DNA from: a virus | UHGV virus genome: UHGV-0241329 | DNA: 31,428 bases | Direction: 5' to 3' (one strand) | Shown: positions 21,183 through 31,428 of the stretch, piece by piece | Position numbering within the stretch: the stretch's first letter is position 1 | How the letters are laid out: the number at the start of each line of letters is the position of its first letter | Translations under genes and position numbers: made by a program | Notes under the pieces: generated by a model | The model's input: only the letters and a program-made list of their open reading frames with translations | The model's database searches: none | What the model was told of the DNA's origin: nothing

Positions 21183-21578
21183 ATGACGAAAGATGAACTG
21201 ATTGCCCGTCTTCAGGTGCTGGGTGAGCAACTGAACCGTGATGTCAGCCTGACGGGGACGAAAGAAGAACTGGTGCTCCGTGTGGCAGAGCTGGAAGAGG
21301 AGCTTGATGACACGGATGACGCTGCCGGTCAGGACACATCTGTCAGCCCGGAAAATGCGCTGACCGGACATGAAAATGAGGTGGTATCAGCGCAGCCGGA
21401 TACCGTGATTGATACGGCTGCTCTGGTCACGGTCGTGGCACTGGTGACGCTGCATACTGATGCACTTCACGCCACGCGGGATGAGCCTGTGGCATTTGTG
21501 CTGCCGGGAACGGCGTTTCGTGTCTCTGCCGGTGTGGCAGCCGAAATGACAGAACATGGCCTGGCCAGAATGCAATAA
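21183..21578 (+). CDS. FI: DNA-packaging accessory protein FI
   Basis: MTKDELIARLQVLGEQLNRDVSLTGTKEEL..., recalled lambda gpFI; RBS GGAGGAG upstream. Confidence 0.9.
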   Translation: MTKDELIARLQVLGEQLNRDVSLTGTKEELVLRVAELEEELDDTDDAAGQDTSVSPENALTGHENEVVSAQPDTVIDTAALVTVVALVTLHTDALHATRDEPVAFVLPGTAFRVSAGVAAEMTEHGLARMQ

Positions 21579-21589
21579 CGGGAGGCGCT

Positions 21590-21943
21590 GTGGCTGATTC
21601 CGATAACCTGTTCGATGCTGCCATTGCCCGCGCCGATGAAACGATACGCGGGTACATGGGAACGTCAGCCACCATGACATCCGGTGAGCTGTCCGGTGCT
21701 GTGATACGTGGTGTTTTTGATGACCCTGAAAATATCAGCTATGCCGGACAGGGGGTGCGCGTTGAAGGCTCCAGCCCGTCCCTGTTTGTCCGGACTGATG
21801 ATGTGCGGCAGCTGCGGCGTGGAGACACACTGACCATCGGCGAGGAAAACTTCTGGGTGGACCGGATTTCGCCGGATGATGGCGGAAGCTGTCATCTCTG
21901 GCTTGGGCGTGGCGTGCCGCCTGCCGTTAACCGTCGCCGCTGA
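21590..21943 (+). CDS. FII: Head-tail connector protein FII
   Basis: 117 aa, lambda gpFII length and position. Confidence 0.9.
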   Translation: MADSDNLFDAAIARADETIRGYMGTSATMTSGELSGAVIRGVFDDPENISYAGQGVRVEGSSPSLFVRTDDVRQLRRGDTLTIGEENFWVDRISPDDGGSCHLWLGRGVPPAVNRRR

Positions 21944-21954
21944 AAGGGGGATGT

Positions 21955-22533
21955 ATGGCCATAAAAGGTCTTGAGCAGGCCGTTGAAAACCTCAGCCGTA
22001 TCAGCAAAACGGCGGTGCCTGGTGCCGCCGCAATGGCCATTAACCGCGTTGCGTCATCCGCGATATCGCAGTCTGCGTCACAGGTTGCCCGTGAGACAAA
22101 GGTACGCCGGAAACTGGTAAAGGAAAGGGCCAGGCTGAAAAGGGCCACGGTCAAAAATCCGCAGGCCAGAATCAGGGTTAACCGGGGGGATTTGCCCGTA
22201 ATCAAGCTGGGTAACGCGCGGGTTGTCCTTTCCCGCCGCAGACGTCGTAAAAAGGGGCAGCGTTCATCCCTGAAAGGTGGCGGCAGCGTGCTTGTGGTGG
22301 GAAACCGTCGTATTCCCGGCGCGTTTATTCAGCAACTGAAAAATGGCCGGTGGCATGTCATGCAGCGTGTGGCCGGGAAAAACCGTTACCCCATTGATGT
22401 GGTGAAAATCCCGATGGCGGTGCCGCTTACCACGGCGTTTAAACAGAATATTGAACGGATACGGCGTGAACGTCTTCCGAAAGAGCTGGGCTATGCGCTG
22501 CAGCATCAACTGAGAATGGTAATAAAGCGATGA
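21955..22533 (+). CDS. Z: Tail completion protein Z
   Basis: 192 aa, lambda gpZ length and position. Confidence 0.9.
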   Translation: MAIKGLEQAVENLSRISKTAVPGAAAMAINRVASSAISQSASQVARETKVRRKLVKERARLKRATVKNPQARIRVNRGDLPVIKLGNARVVLSRRRRRKKGQRSSLKGGGSVLVVGNRRIPGAFIQQLKNGRWHVMQRVAGKNRYPIDVVKIPMAVPLTTAFKQNIERIRRERLPKELGYALQHQLRMVIKR

Positions 22534-22925
22534 AACATACTGAACTCCGTGCAGCCGTACTGGATGCACTGGAGAAGCATGACACCGGGGCGACGCTTTT
22601 TGATGGTCGCCCCGCTGTTTTTGATGAGGCGGATTTTCCGGCAATTGCCGTTTATCTCACCGGCGCTGAATACACGGGCGAAGAGCTGGACAGTGATACC
22701 TGGCAGGCGGAGCTGCATATTGAAGTTTTCCTGCCTGCTCAGGTGCCGGATTCAGAGCTGGATGCGTGGATGGAGTCCCGGATTTATCCGGTGATGAGCG
22801 ATATCCCGGCACTGTCAGATTTGATCACCAGTATGGTGGCCAGCGGCTATGACTACCGGCGCGACGATGATGCGGGCCTGTGGAGTTCAGCCGATCTGAC
22901 TTATGTCATTACCTATGAAATGTGA
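22530..22925 (+). CDS. U: Tail terminator protein U
   Basis: 131 aa, lambda gpU length; ATGA overlap with Z. Confidence 0.9.
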   Translation: MKHTELRAAVLDALEKHDTGATLFDGRPAVFDEADFPAIAVYLTGAEYTGEELDSDTWQAELHIEVFLPAQVPDSELDAWMESRIYPVMSDIPALSDLITSMVASGYDYRRDDDAGLWSSADLTYVITYEM

Positions 22926-22932
22926 GGACGCT

Positions 22933-23673
22933 ATGCCTGTACCAAATCCTACAATGCCGGTGAAAGGTGCCGGGACCACCCTGTGGGTTTATAAGGGGAG
23001 CGGTGACCCTTATGCGAATCCGCTTTCAGACGTTGACTGGTCGCGTCTGGCAAAAGTTAAAGACCTGACGCCCGGCGAACTGACCGCTGAGTCCTATGAC
23101 GACAGCTATCTCGATGATGAAGATGCAGACTGGACTGCGACCGGGCAGGGGCAGAAATCTGCCGGAGATACCAGCTTCACGCTGGCGTGGATGCCCGGAG
23201 AGCAGGGGCAGCAGGCGCTGCTGGCGTGGTTTAATGAAGGCGATACCCGTGCCTATAAAATCCGCTTCCCGAACGGCACGGTCGATGTGTTCCGTGGCTG
23301 GGTCAGCAGTATCGGTAAGGCGGTGACGGCGAAGGAAGTGATCACCCGCACGGTGAAAGTCACCAATGTGGGACGTCCGTCGATGGCAGAAGATCGCAGC
23401 ACGGTGACGGCGACAACCGGCATGACGGTGACACCCGCCAGTGCTTCCGTAGTGAAAGGGCAGAGCACCACGCTGACCGTGGCATTCCAGCCGGAGGGCG
23501 CAACCGACAAGAGCTTCCGTGCGGTGTCTGCGGATAAAACAAAAGCCACCGTGTCGGTCAGTGGTATGACCATCACCGTGAAAGGTGTTGCTGCAGGCAA
23601 GGTCAACATTCCGGTCGTATCCGGTAATGGTGAGTTTGCTGCGGTTGCAGAAATCAACGTCACCGCCAGTTAA
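22933..23673 (+). CDS. V: Major tail tube protein V
   Basis: 246-aa product [36 protein letters not shown]..., recalled lambda gpV; C-terminal Ig-like domain. Confidence 0.95.
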   Translation: MPVPNPTMPVKGAGTTLWVYKGSGDPYANPLSDVDWSRLAKVKDLTPGELTAESYDDSYLDDEDADWTATGQGQKSAGDTSFTLAWMPGEQGQQALLAWFNEGDTRAYKIRFPNGTVDVFRGWVSSIGKAVTAKEVITRTVKVTNVGRPSMAEDRSTVTATTGMTVTPASASVVKGQSTTLTVAFQPEGATDKSFRAVSADKTKATVSVSGMTITVKGVAAGKVNIPVVSGNGEFAAVAEINVTAS

Positions 23674-23688
23674 TCCGGAGAGTCAGCG

Positions 23689-24111
23689 ATGTTCCTGAAA
23701 ACCGAATCATTTGAACATAACGGTGTGACCGTCACGCTTTCTGAACTGTCAGCCCTGCAGCGTATTGAGCATCTCGCCCTGATGAAACGGCAGGCAGAAC
23801 AGGCGGAGTCAGACAGCAACCGGAAGTTTACTGTGGAAGACGCCATCAGAACCGGCGCGTTTCTGGTGGCGATGTCCCTGTGGCATAACCATCCGCAGAA
23901 GACGCAGATGCCGTCCATGAATGAAGCCGTTAAACAGATTGAGCAGGAAGTGCTTACCACCTGGCCCACGGAGGCAATTTCTCATGCTGAAAACGTGGTG
24001 TACCGGCTGTCTGGTATGTATGAGTTTGTGGTGAATAATGCCCCTGAACAGACAGAGGACGCCGGGCCCGCAGAGCCTGTTTCTGCGGGAAAGTGTTCGA
24101 CGGTGAGCTGA
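23689..24111 (+). CDS. G: Tail assembly chaperone G
   Basis: 140 aa, lambda gpG length and position. Confidence 0.9.
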   Translation: MFLKTESFEHNGVTVTLSELSALQRIEHLALMKRQAEQAESDSNRKFTVEDAIRTGAFLVAMSLWHNHPQKTQMPSMNEAVKQIEQEVLTTWPTEAISHAENVVYRLSGMYEFVVNNAPEQTEDAGPAEPVSAGKCSTVS

Positions 24112-24527
24112 GTTTTGCCCTGAAACTGGCGCGTGAGATGGGGCGACCCGACTGGCGTGCCATGCTTGCCGGGATGTCATCCACGGAGTATGCCGACTGG
24201 CACCGCTTTTACAGTACCCATTATTTTCATGATGTTCTGCTGGATATGCACTTTTCCGGGCTGACGTACACCGTGCTCAGCCTGTTTTTCAGCGATCCGG
24301 ATATGCATCCGCTGGATTTCAGTTTGCTGAACCGGCGTGAGGCTGACGAAGAGCCTGAAGATGATGTGCTGATGCAGAAAGCGGCAGGGCTTGCCGGAGG
24401 TGTCCGCTTTGGCCCGGACGGGAATGAAGTTATCCCTACTTCCCCGGATGTGGCGGACATGACGGAGGATGACGTAATGCTGATGACAGTATCAGAAGGG
24501 ATCGCAGGAGGAGTCCGGTATGGCTGA
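23689..24527 (+). CDS. T: Tail assembly chaperone G-T fusion, made by programmed -1 frameshift at G GGA AAG (24087..24093)
   Basis: Slippery heptamer GGGAAAG in the G frame near the G 3' end; -1 frame ORF continues to 24527, overlapping H start. Confidence 0.8.
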
Positions 24528-27081
24528 ACCGGTAGGCGATCTGGTCGTTGATTTGAGTCTGGATGCGGCCAGATTTGACGAGCAGATGGCCAGAGTCAGG
24601 CGTCATTTTTCCGGTACGGAAAGTGATGCGAAAAAAACAGCGGCAGTCGTTGAACAGTCGATGAACCGGCAGGCGCTGGCTGCACAGAAAGCGGGAATTT
24701 CCGTCGGGCAGTATAAAGCCGCCATGCGTATGCTGCCTGCGCAGTTCACTGACGTGGCCACGCAGCTTGCAGGCGGGCAAAGTCCGTGGCTGATCCTGCT
24801 GCAACAGGGGGGGCAGGTGAAGGACTCCTTCGGCGGGATGATCCCCATGTTCCGGGGGCTTGCCGGTGCGATCACCCTGCCGATGGTGGGGGCCACCTCG
24901 CTGGCGGTGGCGACCGGTGCGCTGGCGTATGCCTGGTATCAGGGCAACTCAACCCTGTCCGATTTCAACAAAACGCTGGTCCTTTCCGGCAATCAGGCCG
25001 GGCTGACGGCAGATCGTATGCTGGTCCTGTCCAGAGCCGGGCAGGCGGCAGGGCTGACGTTTAACCAGACCAGCGAGTCACTCAGCGCACTGGTTAAGGC
25101 GGGGGTAAGCGGTGAGGCTCAGATTGCGTCCATCAGCCAGAGTGTGGCGCGTTTCTCCTCTGCATCCGGCGTGGAGGTGGACAAGGTCGCTGAAGCCTTC
25201 GGGAAGCTGACCACTGACCCGACGTCGGGGCTGACAGCGATGGCGCGCCAGTTCCATAACGTGACGGCGGAGCAGATTGCGTATGTTGCTCAGTTGCAGC
25301 GTTCCGGCGAAGAAGCCGGGGCATTGCAGGCGGCGAACGAGGCCGCGACGAAAGGGTTTGATGACCAGACCCGCCGCCTGAAAGAGAACATGGGCACGCT
25401 GGAAACCTGGGCAGACAGGACAGCACGGGCATTCAAATCCATGTGGGATGCGGTGCTGGATATTGGTCGTCCTGATACCGCGCAGGAGATGCTGATTAAG
25501 GCAGAGGCCGCGTTTAAGAAAGCGGACGATATCTGGAATCTGCGCAAGGATGATTATTTTGTTAACGATGAAGCGCGGGCGCGTTACTGGGATGATCGTG
25601 AAAAGGCCCGTCTTGCGCTTGAAGCCGCCCGAAAGAAGGCTGAGCAGCAGAGTCAACAGGACAAAAATGCGCAGCAGCAGAGCGATACCGAAGCGTCACG
25701 GCTGAAATATACCGAAGAGGCGCAGAAGGCTTACGAACGGCTGCAGACGCCGCTGGAGAAATATACCGCCCGTCAGGAAGAACTGAACAAGGCACTGAAA
25801 GACGGGAAAATCCTGCAGGCGGATTACAACACGCTGATGGCGGCGGCGAAAAAGGATTATGAAGCGACGCTGAAAAAGCCGAAACAGTCCGGCGTGAAGG
25901 TGTCTGCGGGCGATCGTCAGGAAGACAGTGCTCATGCTGCCCTGCTGACGCTTCAGGCAGAACTCCGGACGCTGGAGAAGCATGCCGGAGCAAATGAGAA
26001 AATCAGCCAGCAGCGCCGGGATTTGTGGAAGGCGGAGAGTCAGTTCGCGGTACTGGAGGAGGCGGCGCAACGTCGCCAGCTGTCTGCACAGGAGAAATCC
26101 CTGCTGGCGCATAAAGATGAGACGCTGGAGTACAAACGCCAGCTGGCTGCACTTGGCGACAAGGTTACGTATCAGGAGCGCCTGAACGCGCTGGCGCAGC
26201 AGGCGGATAAATTCGCACAGCAGCAACGGGCAAAATGGGCCGCCATTGATGCGAAAAGCCGGGGGCTGACTGACCGGCAGGCAGAACGGGAAGCCACGGA
26301 ACAGCGCCTGAAGGAACAGTATGGCGATAATCCGCTGGCGCTGAATAACGTCATGTCAGAGCAGAAAAAGACCTGGGCGGCTGAAGACCAGCTTCGCGGG
26401 AACTGGATGGCAGGCCTGAAGTCCGGCTGGAGTGAGTGGGAAGAGAGCGCCACGGACAGTATGTCGCAGGTAAAAAGTGCAGCCACGCAGACCTTTGATG
26501 GTATTGCACAGAATATGGCGGCGATGCTGACCGGCAGTGAGCAGAACTGGCGCAGCTTCACCCGTTCCGTGCTGTCCATGATGACAGAAATTCTGCTTAA
26601 GCAGGCAATGGTGGGGATTGTCGGGAGTATCGGCAGCGCCATTGGCGGGGCTGTTGGTGGCGGCGCATCCGCGTCAGGCGGTACAGCCATTCAGGCCGCT
26701 GCGGCGAAATTCCATTTTGCAACCGGAGGATTTACGGGAACCGGCGGCAAATATGAGCCAGCGGGGATTGTTCACCGTGGTGAGTTTGTCTTCACGAAGG
26801 AGGCAACCAGCCGGATTGGCGTGGGGAATCTTTACCGGCTGATGCGCGGCTATGCCACCGGCGGTTATGTCGGTACACCGGGCAGCATGGCAGACAGCCG
26901 GTCGCAGGCGTCCGGGACGTTTGAGCAGAATAACCATGTGGTGATTAACAACGACGGCACGAACGGGCAGATAGGTCCGGCTGCTCTGAAGGCGGTGTAT
27001 GACATGGCCCGCAAGGGTGCCCGTGATGAAATTCAGACACAGATGCGTGATGGTGGCCTGTTCTCCGGAGGTGGACGATGA
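24520..27081 (+). CDS. H: Tape measure protein
   Basis: 853 aa, lambda gpH length and position. Confidence 0.95.
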   Translation: MAEPVGDLVVDLSLDAARFDEQMARVRRHFSGTESDAKKTAAVVEQSMNRQALAAQKAGISVGQYKAAMRMLPAQFTDVATQLAGGQSPWLILLQQGGQVKDSFGGMIPMFRGLAGAITLPMVGATSLAVATGALAYAWYQGNSTLSDFNKTLVLSGNQAGLTADRMLVLSRAGQAAGLTFNQTSESLSALVKAGVSGEAQIASISQSVARFSSASGVEVDKVAEAFGKLTTDPTSGLTAMARQFHNVTAEQIAYVAQLQRSGEEAGALQAANEAATKGFDDQTRRLKENMGTLETWADRTARAFKSMWDAVLDIGRPDTAQEMLIKAEAAFKKADDIWNLRKDDYFVNDEARARYWDDREKARLALEAARKKAEQQSQQDKNAQQQSDTEASRLKYTEEAQKAYERLQTPLEKYTARQEELNKALKDGKILQADYNTLMAAAKKDYEATLKKPKQSGVKVSAGDRQEDSAHAALLTLQAELRTLEKHAGANEKISQQRRDLWKAESQFAVLEEAAQRRQLSAQEKSLLAHKDETLEYKRQLAALGDKVTYQERLNALAQQADKFAQQQRAKWAAIDAKSRGLTDRQAEREATEQRLKEQYGDNPLALNNVMSEQKKTWAAEDQLRGNWMAGLKSGWSEWEESATDSMSQVKSAATQTFDGIAQNMAAMLTGSEQNWRSFTRSVLSMMTEILLKQAMVGIVGSIGSAIGGAVGGGASASGGTAIQAAAAKFHFATGGFTGTGGKYEPAGIVHRGEFVFTKEATSRIGVGNLYRLMRGYATGGYVGTPGSMADSRSQASGTFEQNNHVVINNDGTNGQIGPAALKAVYDMARKGARDEIQTQMRDGGLFSGGGR

Positions 27082-27407
27082 AGACCTTCCGCTGGAAAGT
27101 GAAACCCGGTATGGATGTGGCTTCGGTCCCTTCTGTAAGAAAGGTGCGCTTTGGTGATGGCTATTCTCAGCGAGCGCCTGCCGGGCTGAATGCCAACCTG
27201 AAAACGTACAACGTGACGCTTTCTGTCCCCCGTGAGGAGGCCACGGTACTGGAGTCGTTTCTGGAAGAGCACGGGGGCTGGAAATCCTTTCTGTGGACGC
27301 CGCCTTATGAGTGGCGGCAGATAAAGGTGACCTGCGCAAAATGGTCGTCGCGGGTCAGTATGCTGCGTGTTGAGTTCAGCGCAGAGTTTGAACAGGTGGT
27401 GAACTGA
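27078..27407 (+). CDS. M: Tail tip protein M
   Basis: 109 aa, lambda gpM length; ATGA overlap with H. Confidence 0.9.
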   Translation: MKTFRWKVKPGMDVASVPSVRKVRFGDGYSQRAPAGLNANLKTYNVTLSVPREEATVLESFLEEHGGWKSFLWTPPYEWRQIKVTCAKWSSRVSMLRVEFSAEFEQVVN

Positions 27408-28105
27408 TGCAGGATATCCGGCAGGAAACACTGAATGAATGCACCCGTGCGGAGCAGTCGGCCAGCGTGGTGCTCTGGGAAATCGACCTGACAGAGGTCG
27501 GTGGAGAACGTTATTTTTTCTGTAATGAGCAGAACGAAAAAGGTGAGCCGGTCACCTGGCAGGGGCGACAGTATCAGCCGTATCCCATTCAGGGGAGCGG
27601 TTTTGAACTGAATGGCAAAGGCACCAGTACGCGCCCCACGCTGACGGTTTCTAACCTGTACGGTATGGTCACCGGGATGGCGGAAGATATGCAGAGTCTG
27701 GTCGGCGGAACGGTGGTCCGGCGTAAGGTTTACGCCCGTTTTCTGGATGCGGTGAACTTCGTCAACGGAAACAGTTATGCCGATCCGGAGCAGGAGGTGA
27801 TCAGCCGCTGGCGCATTGAGCAGTGCAGCGAACTGAGCGCGGTGAGTGCCTCCTTTGTACTGTCCACGCCGACGGAAACGGATGGCGCTGTTTTTCCGGG
27901 ACGTATCATGCTGGCCAACACCTGCACCTGGACCTATCGCGGTGACGAGTGCGGTTATAGCGGTCCGGCTGTCGCGGATGAATATGACCAGCCAACGTCC
28001 GATATCACGAAGGATAAATGCAGCAAATGCCTGAGCGGTTGTAAGTTCCGCAATAACGTCGGCAACTTTGGCGGCTTCCTTTCCATTAACAAACTTTCGC
28101 AGTAA
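27407..28105 (+). CDS. L: Tail tip protein L
   Basis: 232 aa, lambda gpL length and position. Confidence 0.9.
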   Translation: MQDIRQETLNECTRAEQSASVVLWEIDLTEVGGERYFFCNEQNEKGEPVTWQGRQYQPYPIQGSGFELNGKGTSTRPTLTVSNLYGMVTGMAEDMQSLVGGTVVRRKVYARFLDAVNFVNGNSYADPEQEVISRWRIEQCSELSAVSASFVLSTPTETDGAVFPGRIMLANTCTWTYRGDECGYSGPAVADEYDQPTSDITKDKCSKCLSGCKFRNNVGNFGGFLSINKLSQ

Positions 28106-28110
28106 ATCCC

Positions 28111-28854
28111 ATGACACAGACAGAATCAGCGATTCTGGCGCACGCCCGGCGATGTGCGCCAGCGGAGTCGTGCGGCTTCGTGGTAAGCACGCCGGAGGGG
28201 GAAAGATATTTCCCCTGCGTGAATATCTCCGGTGAGCCGGAGGCGTATTTCCGTATGTCGCCGGAAGACTGGCTGCAGGCAGAAATGCAGGGTGAGATTG
28301 TGGCGCTGGTCCACAGCCACCCCGGTGGTCTGCCCTGGCTGAGTGAGGCCGACCGGCGGCTGCAGGTGCAGAGTGATTTGCCGTGGTGGCTGGTCTGCCG
28401 GGGGACGATTCATAAGTTCCGCTGTGTGCCGCATCTCACCGGGCGGCGCTTTGAGCACGGTGTGACGGACTGTTACACACTGTTCCGGGATGCTTATCAT
28501 CTGGCGGGGATTGAGATGCCGGACTTTCATCGTGAGGATGACTGGTGGCGTAACGGCCAGAATCTCTATCTGGATAATCTGGAGGCCACAGGGCTGTATC
28601 AGGTGCCGTTGTCATCAGCACAACCGGGCGATGTGCTGCTGTGCTGTTTTGGTTCATCGGTGCCGAATCATGCCGCCATTTACTGTGGTGATGGCGAGCT
28701 GCTGCACCATATTCCTGAACAACTGAGCAAACGAGAGAGGTATACCGACAAATGGCAGCGACGCACACACTCCCTCTGGCGTCACCGGGCATGGCGCGCA
28801 TCTGCCTTTACGGGGATTTACAACGATTTGGCCGCCGCATCGACCTTCGTGTGA
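28111..28854 (+). CDS. K: Tail tip assembly protein K (JAB/MPN plus NlpC/P60 domains)
   Basis: 247-aa ORF beginning right after L; HSHPGG JAMM-like motif in N-terminal half; 3' end coincides with the lambda K position. Confidence 0.8.
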   Translation: MTQTESAILAHARRCAPAESCGFVVSTPEGERYFPCVNISGEPEAYFRMSPEDWLQAEMQGEIVALVHSHPGGLPWLSEADRRLQVQSDLPWWLVCRGTIHKFRCVPHLTGRRFEHGVTDCYTLFRDAYHLAGIEMPDFHREDDWWRNGQNLYLDNLEATGLYQVPLSSAQPGDVLLCCFGSSVPNHAAIYCGDGELLHHIPEQLSKRERYTDKWQRRTHSLWRHRAWRASAFTGIYNDLAAASTFV

Positions 28855-29423
28855 AAACGGGGGCTGAAGCCATCCGCGCACTGGCCACACAGCTCCCGGC
28901 GTTTCGTCAGAAACTGAGCGACGGCTGGTATCAGGTACGGATTGCCGGGCAGGATGTCAGCACGTCCGGATTAACGGCGCAGTTACATGAGACTCTGCCT
29001 GATGGCGCTGTGATTCATATTGTTCCCAGAGTCGCCGGGGCCAAGTCAGGTGGCGTATTCCAGATTGTCCTGGGGGCTGCCGCCATTGCCGGATCATTCT
29101 TTACCGCCGGGGCCACCCTTGCAGCATGGGGGGCAGCCATTGGGGCCGGTGGTATGACCGGCATCCTGTTTTCTCTCGGTGCCAGTATGGTGCTCGGTGG
29201 TGTGGCGCAGATGCTGGCACCGAAAGCCAGAACTCCCCGTACACAGACAACGGATAACGGCAAACAGAACACCTATTTCTCCTCACTGGATAACATGGTT
29301 GCCCAGGGCAATGTTCTGCCGGTTCTGTACGGTGAAATGCGCGTGGGGTCGCGGGTGGTCTCTCAGGAGATCAGCACGGCAGACGAAGGGGATGGTGGTC
29401 AGGTTGTGGTGATTGGTCGCTGA
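28752..29423 (+). CDS. I: Tail tip assembly protein I
   Basis: 223 aa, lambda gpI length; overlaps K 3' end. Confidence 0.9.
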   Translation: MAATHTLPLASPGMARICLYGDLQRFGRRIDLRVKTGAEAIRALATQLPAFRQKLSDGWYQVRIAGQDVSTSGLTAQLHETLPDGAVIHIVPRVAGAKSGGVFQIVLGAAAIAGSFFTAGATLAAWGAAIGAGGMTGILFSLGASMVLGGVAQMLAPKARTPRTQTTDNGKQNTYFSSLDNMVAQGNVLPVLYGEMRVGSRVVSQEISTADEGDGGQVVVIGR

Positions 29424-29481
29424 TGAAAAACGTTTATGTGAAACCGCCTCCGGGCGGTTTTGTCGTTTATGGAGCGTGAGG

Positions 29482-31428
29482 AATGGGTAAAGGCAGCAGT
29501 AAGGGGCATACTCCGCGCGAAGCGAAGGACAACCTGAAGTCCACGCAGTTGCTGAGTGTGATCGATGCCATCAGCGAAGGGCCGGTTGAAGGTCCGGTGG
29601 ATGGATTAAAAAGCGTGCTGCTGAACAGTACGCCAGTGCTGGACAGTGAGGGGAATACCAATATCTCCGGCGTCACGGTGGTGTTCCGGGCCGGTGAGCA
29701 GGAGCAGACACCGCCGGAGGGATTTGAATCCTCCGGCTCCGAGACGGTGCTGGGTACGGAAGTGAAATACGACACGCCGATCACCCGGACCATCACGTCG
29801 GCAAACATTGACCGACTGCGTTTTACCTTCGGCGTGCAGGCACTGGTGGAAACCACCTCAAAGGGGGACAGGAATCCGTCGGAAGTCCGCCTGCTGGTTC
29901 AGATCCAGCGTAATGGTGGCTGGGTGACGGAAAAAGACATCACCATTAAGGGCAAAACCACCTCGCAGTATCTGGCCTCGGTGGTGGTGGGTAACCTGCC
30001 GCCGCGCCCGTTCAATATCCGGATGCGCAGGATGACGCCGGACAGCACCACAGACCAGCTGCAGAACAAAACGCTCTGGTCGTCATACACCGAAATCATC
30101 GATGTGAAACAGGGCTACCCGAACACGGCACTGGTCGGCGTGCAGGTGGATTCGGAGCAGTTCGGCAGCCAGCAGGTGAGCCGTAATTATCATCTGCGCG
30201 GGCGCATTCTGCAGGTGCCGTCGAACTATAACCCGCAGACGCGGCAATACAGCGGTATCTGGGACGGAACGTTTAAACCGGCATACAGCAACAACATGGC
30301 CTGGTGTCTGTGGGATATGCTGACCCATCCGCGCTACGGCATGGGGAAACGTCTTGGTGCGGCGGATGTGGATAAATGGGCGCTGTATGTCATCGGCCAG
30401 TACTGCGACCAGTCAGTGCCGGACGGCTTTGGCGGCACGGAGCCGCGCATCACCTGTAATGCGTACCTGACCACACAGCGCAAGGCGTGGGATGTGCTCA
30501 GTGATTTCTGCTCGGCGATGCGCTGTATGCCGGTATGGAACGGGCAGACGCTGACGTTCGTGCAGGACCGACCATCAGATAAGGTGTGGACCTATAACCG
30601 CAGTAATGTGGTGATGCCGGATGATGGCGCGCCGTTCCGCTACAGCTTCAGCGCCCTGAAGGACCGCCATAATGCCGTTGAGGTGAACTGGATTGACCCG
30701 AATAACGGCTGGGAGACGGCGACAGAGCTTGTTGAAGATACGCAGGCCATTCTCCGTTACGGTCGTAACGTCACGAAAATGGATGCTTTTGGCTGTACCA
30801 GCCGGGGGCAGGCACACCGCGCCGGGCTGTGGCTGATTAAAACAGAACTGCTGGAAACGCAGACTGTGGACTTCAGCGTGGGCGCAGAAGGGCTTCGCCA
30901 TGTGCCGGGCGATGTCATTGAAATCTGTGATGATGACTATGCGGGTATCAGCATCGGCGGGCGCGTGCTGGCGGTAAACAGCCAGACCCGGACGCTGACG
31001 CTCGACCGTGAAATCACGCTGCCATCCTCCGGTACCACGCTGATAAGCCTGGTTGACGGAAGTGGCAATCCGGTCAGCGTGGAGGTTCAGTCCGTCACCG
31101 ACGGCGTGAAGGTGAAAGTGAGCCGTGTTCCTGACGGTGTTGCTGAATACAGCGTGTGGGGGCTGAAGCTGCCGACGCTGCGCCAGCGCCTGTTCCGCTG
31201 CGTGAGTATCCGTGAGAACGACGACGGCACGTATGCCATCACCGCCGTGCAGCATGTACCGGAAAAAGAAGCCATCGTGGATAACGGGGCGCACTTTGAC
31301 GGCGACCAGAGCGGCACGGTGAATGGTGTCACGCCGCCAGCGGTGCAGCACCTGACCGCCGAAGTCACCGCAGACAGCGGGGAATATCAGGTGCTGGCGC
31401 GCTGGGACACGCCGAAGGTGGTGAAGGG
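29482..31428 (+). CDS. J: Central tail fibre / host specificity protein J (5' partial, runs off window)
   Basis: Open frame from ATG 29482 starting MGKGSSKGHTPREAKDNLKSTQLLSVIDAISEGPVEGPVDGLKSVLLNSTPVLD, recalled lambda gpJ; no stop before window end. Confidence 0.9.

Overview
The window is the lysis-to-tail region of a lambda-like prophage, with an 11.26-kb satellite-like integrative element inserted inside the major capsid gene E. Protein identifications are from recalled lambda, phage 21 and P4/PICI sequences; no searches were run.

Phage backbone: a phage-21-type lysis cassette (dual-start pinholin, SAR endolysin, Rz with embedded Rz1), a lambda cos site, then Nu1-A-W-B-C/Nu3-D. After the interruption come the 3' part of E, then FI-FII-Z-U-V-G/T-H-M-L-K-I and a partial J.

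Inserted element (9094..20350): it splits E after codon ~82 and is flanked by a 10-bp direct repeat AGCCGAAGCA. Precise excision would regenerate an intact E reading frame. Its gene order is P4/PICI-like: a tyrosine integrase (interrupted by an in-frame amber codon), an AlpA-like regulator, a low-GC cargo gene, a divergent RHH + SWIM-finger module with palindromic operators, a P4-alpha-like primase-helicase, an iteron origin, an SSB, a divergent gpE-like capsid gene and gpD-like decoration gene, an HTH protein, its own cos site (conserved flanks, divergent 12-nt cohesive end), and a second low-GC cargo gene.

The main hypothesis is a phage parasite that uses its helper's capsid gene as attachment site while bringing replacement capsid-shell genes and its own packaging site. 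No CRISPR arrays, rRNA or tRNA genes were seen.
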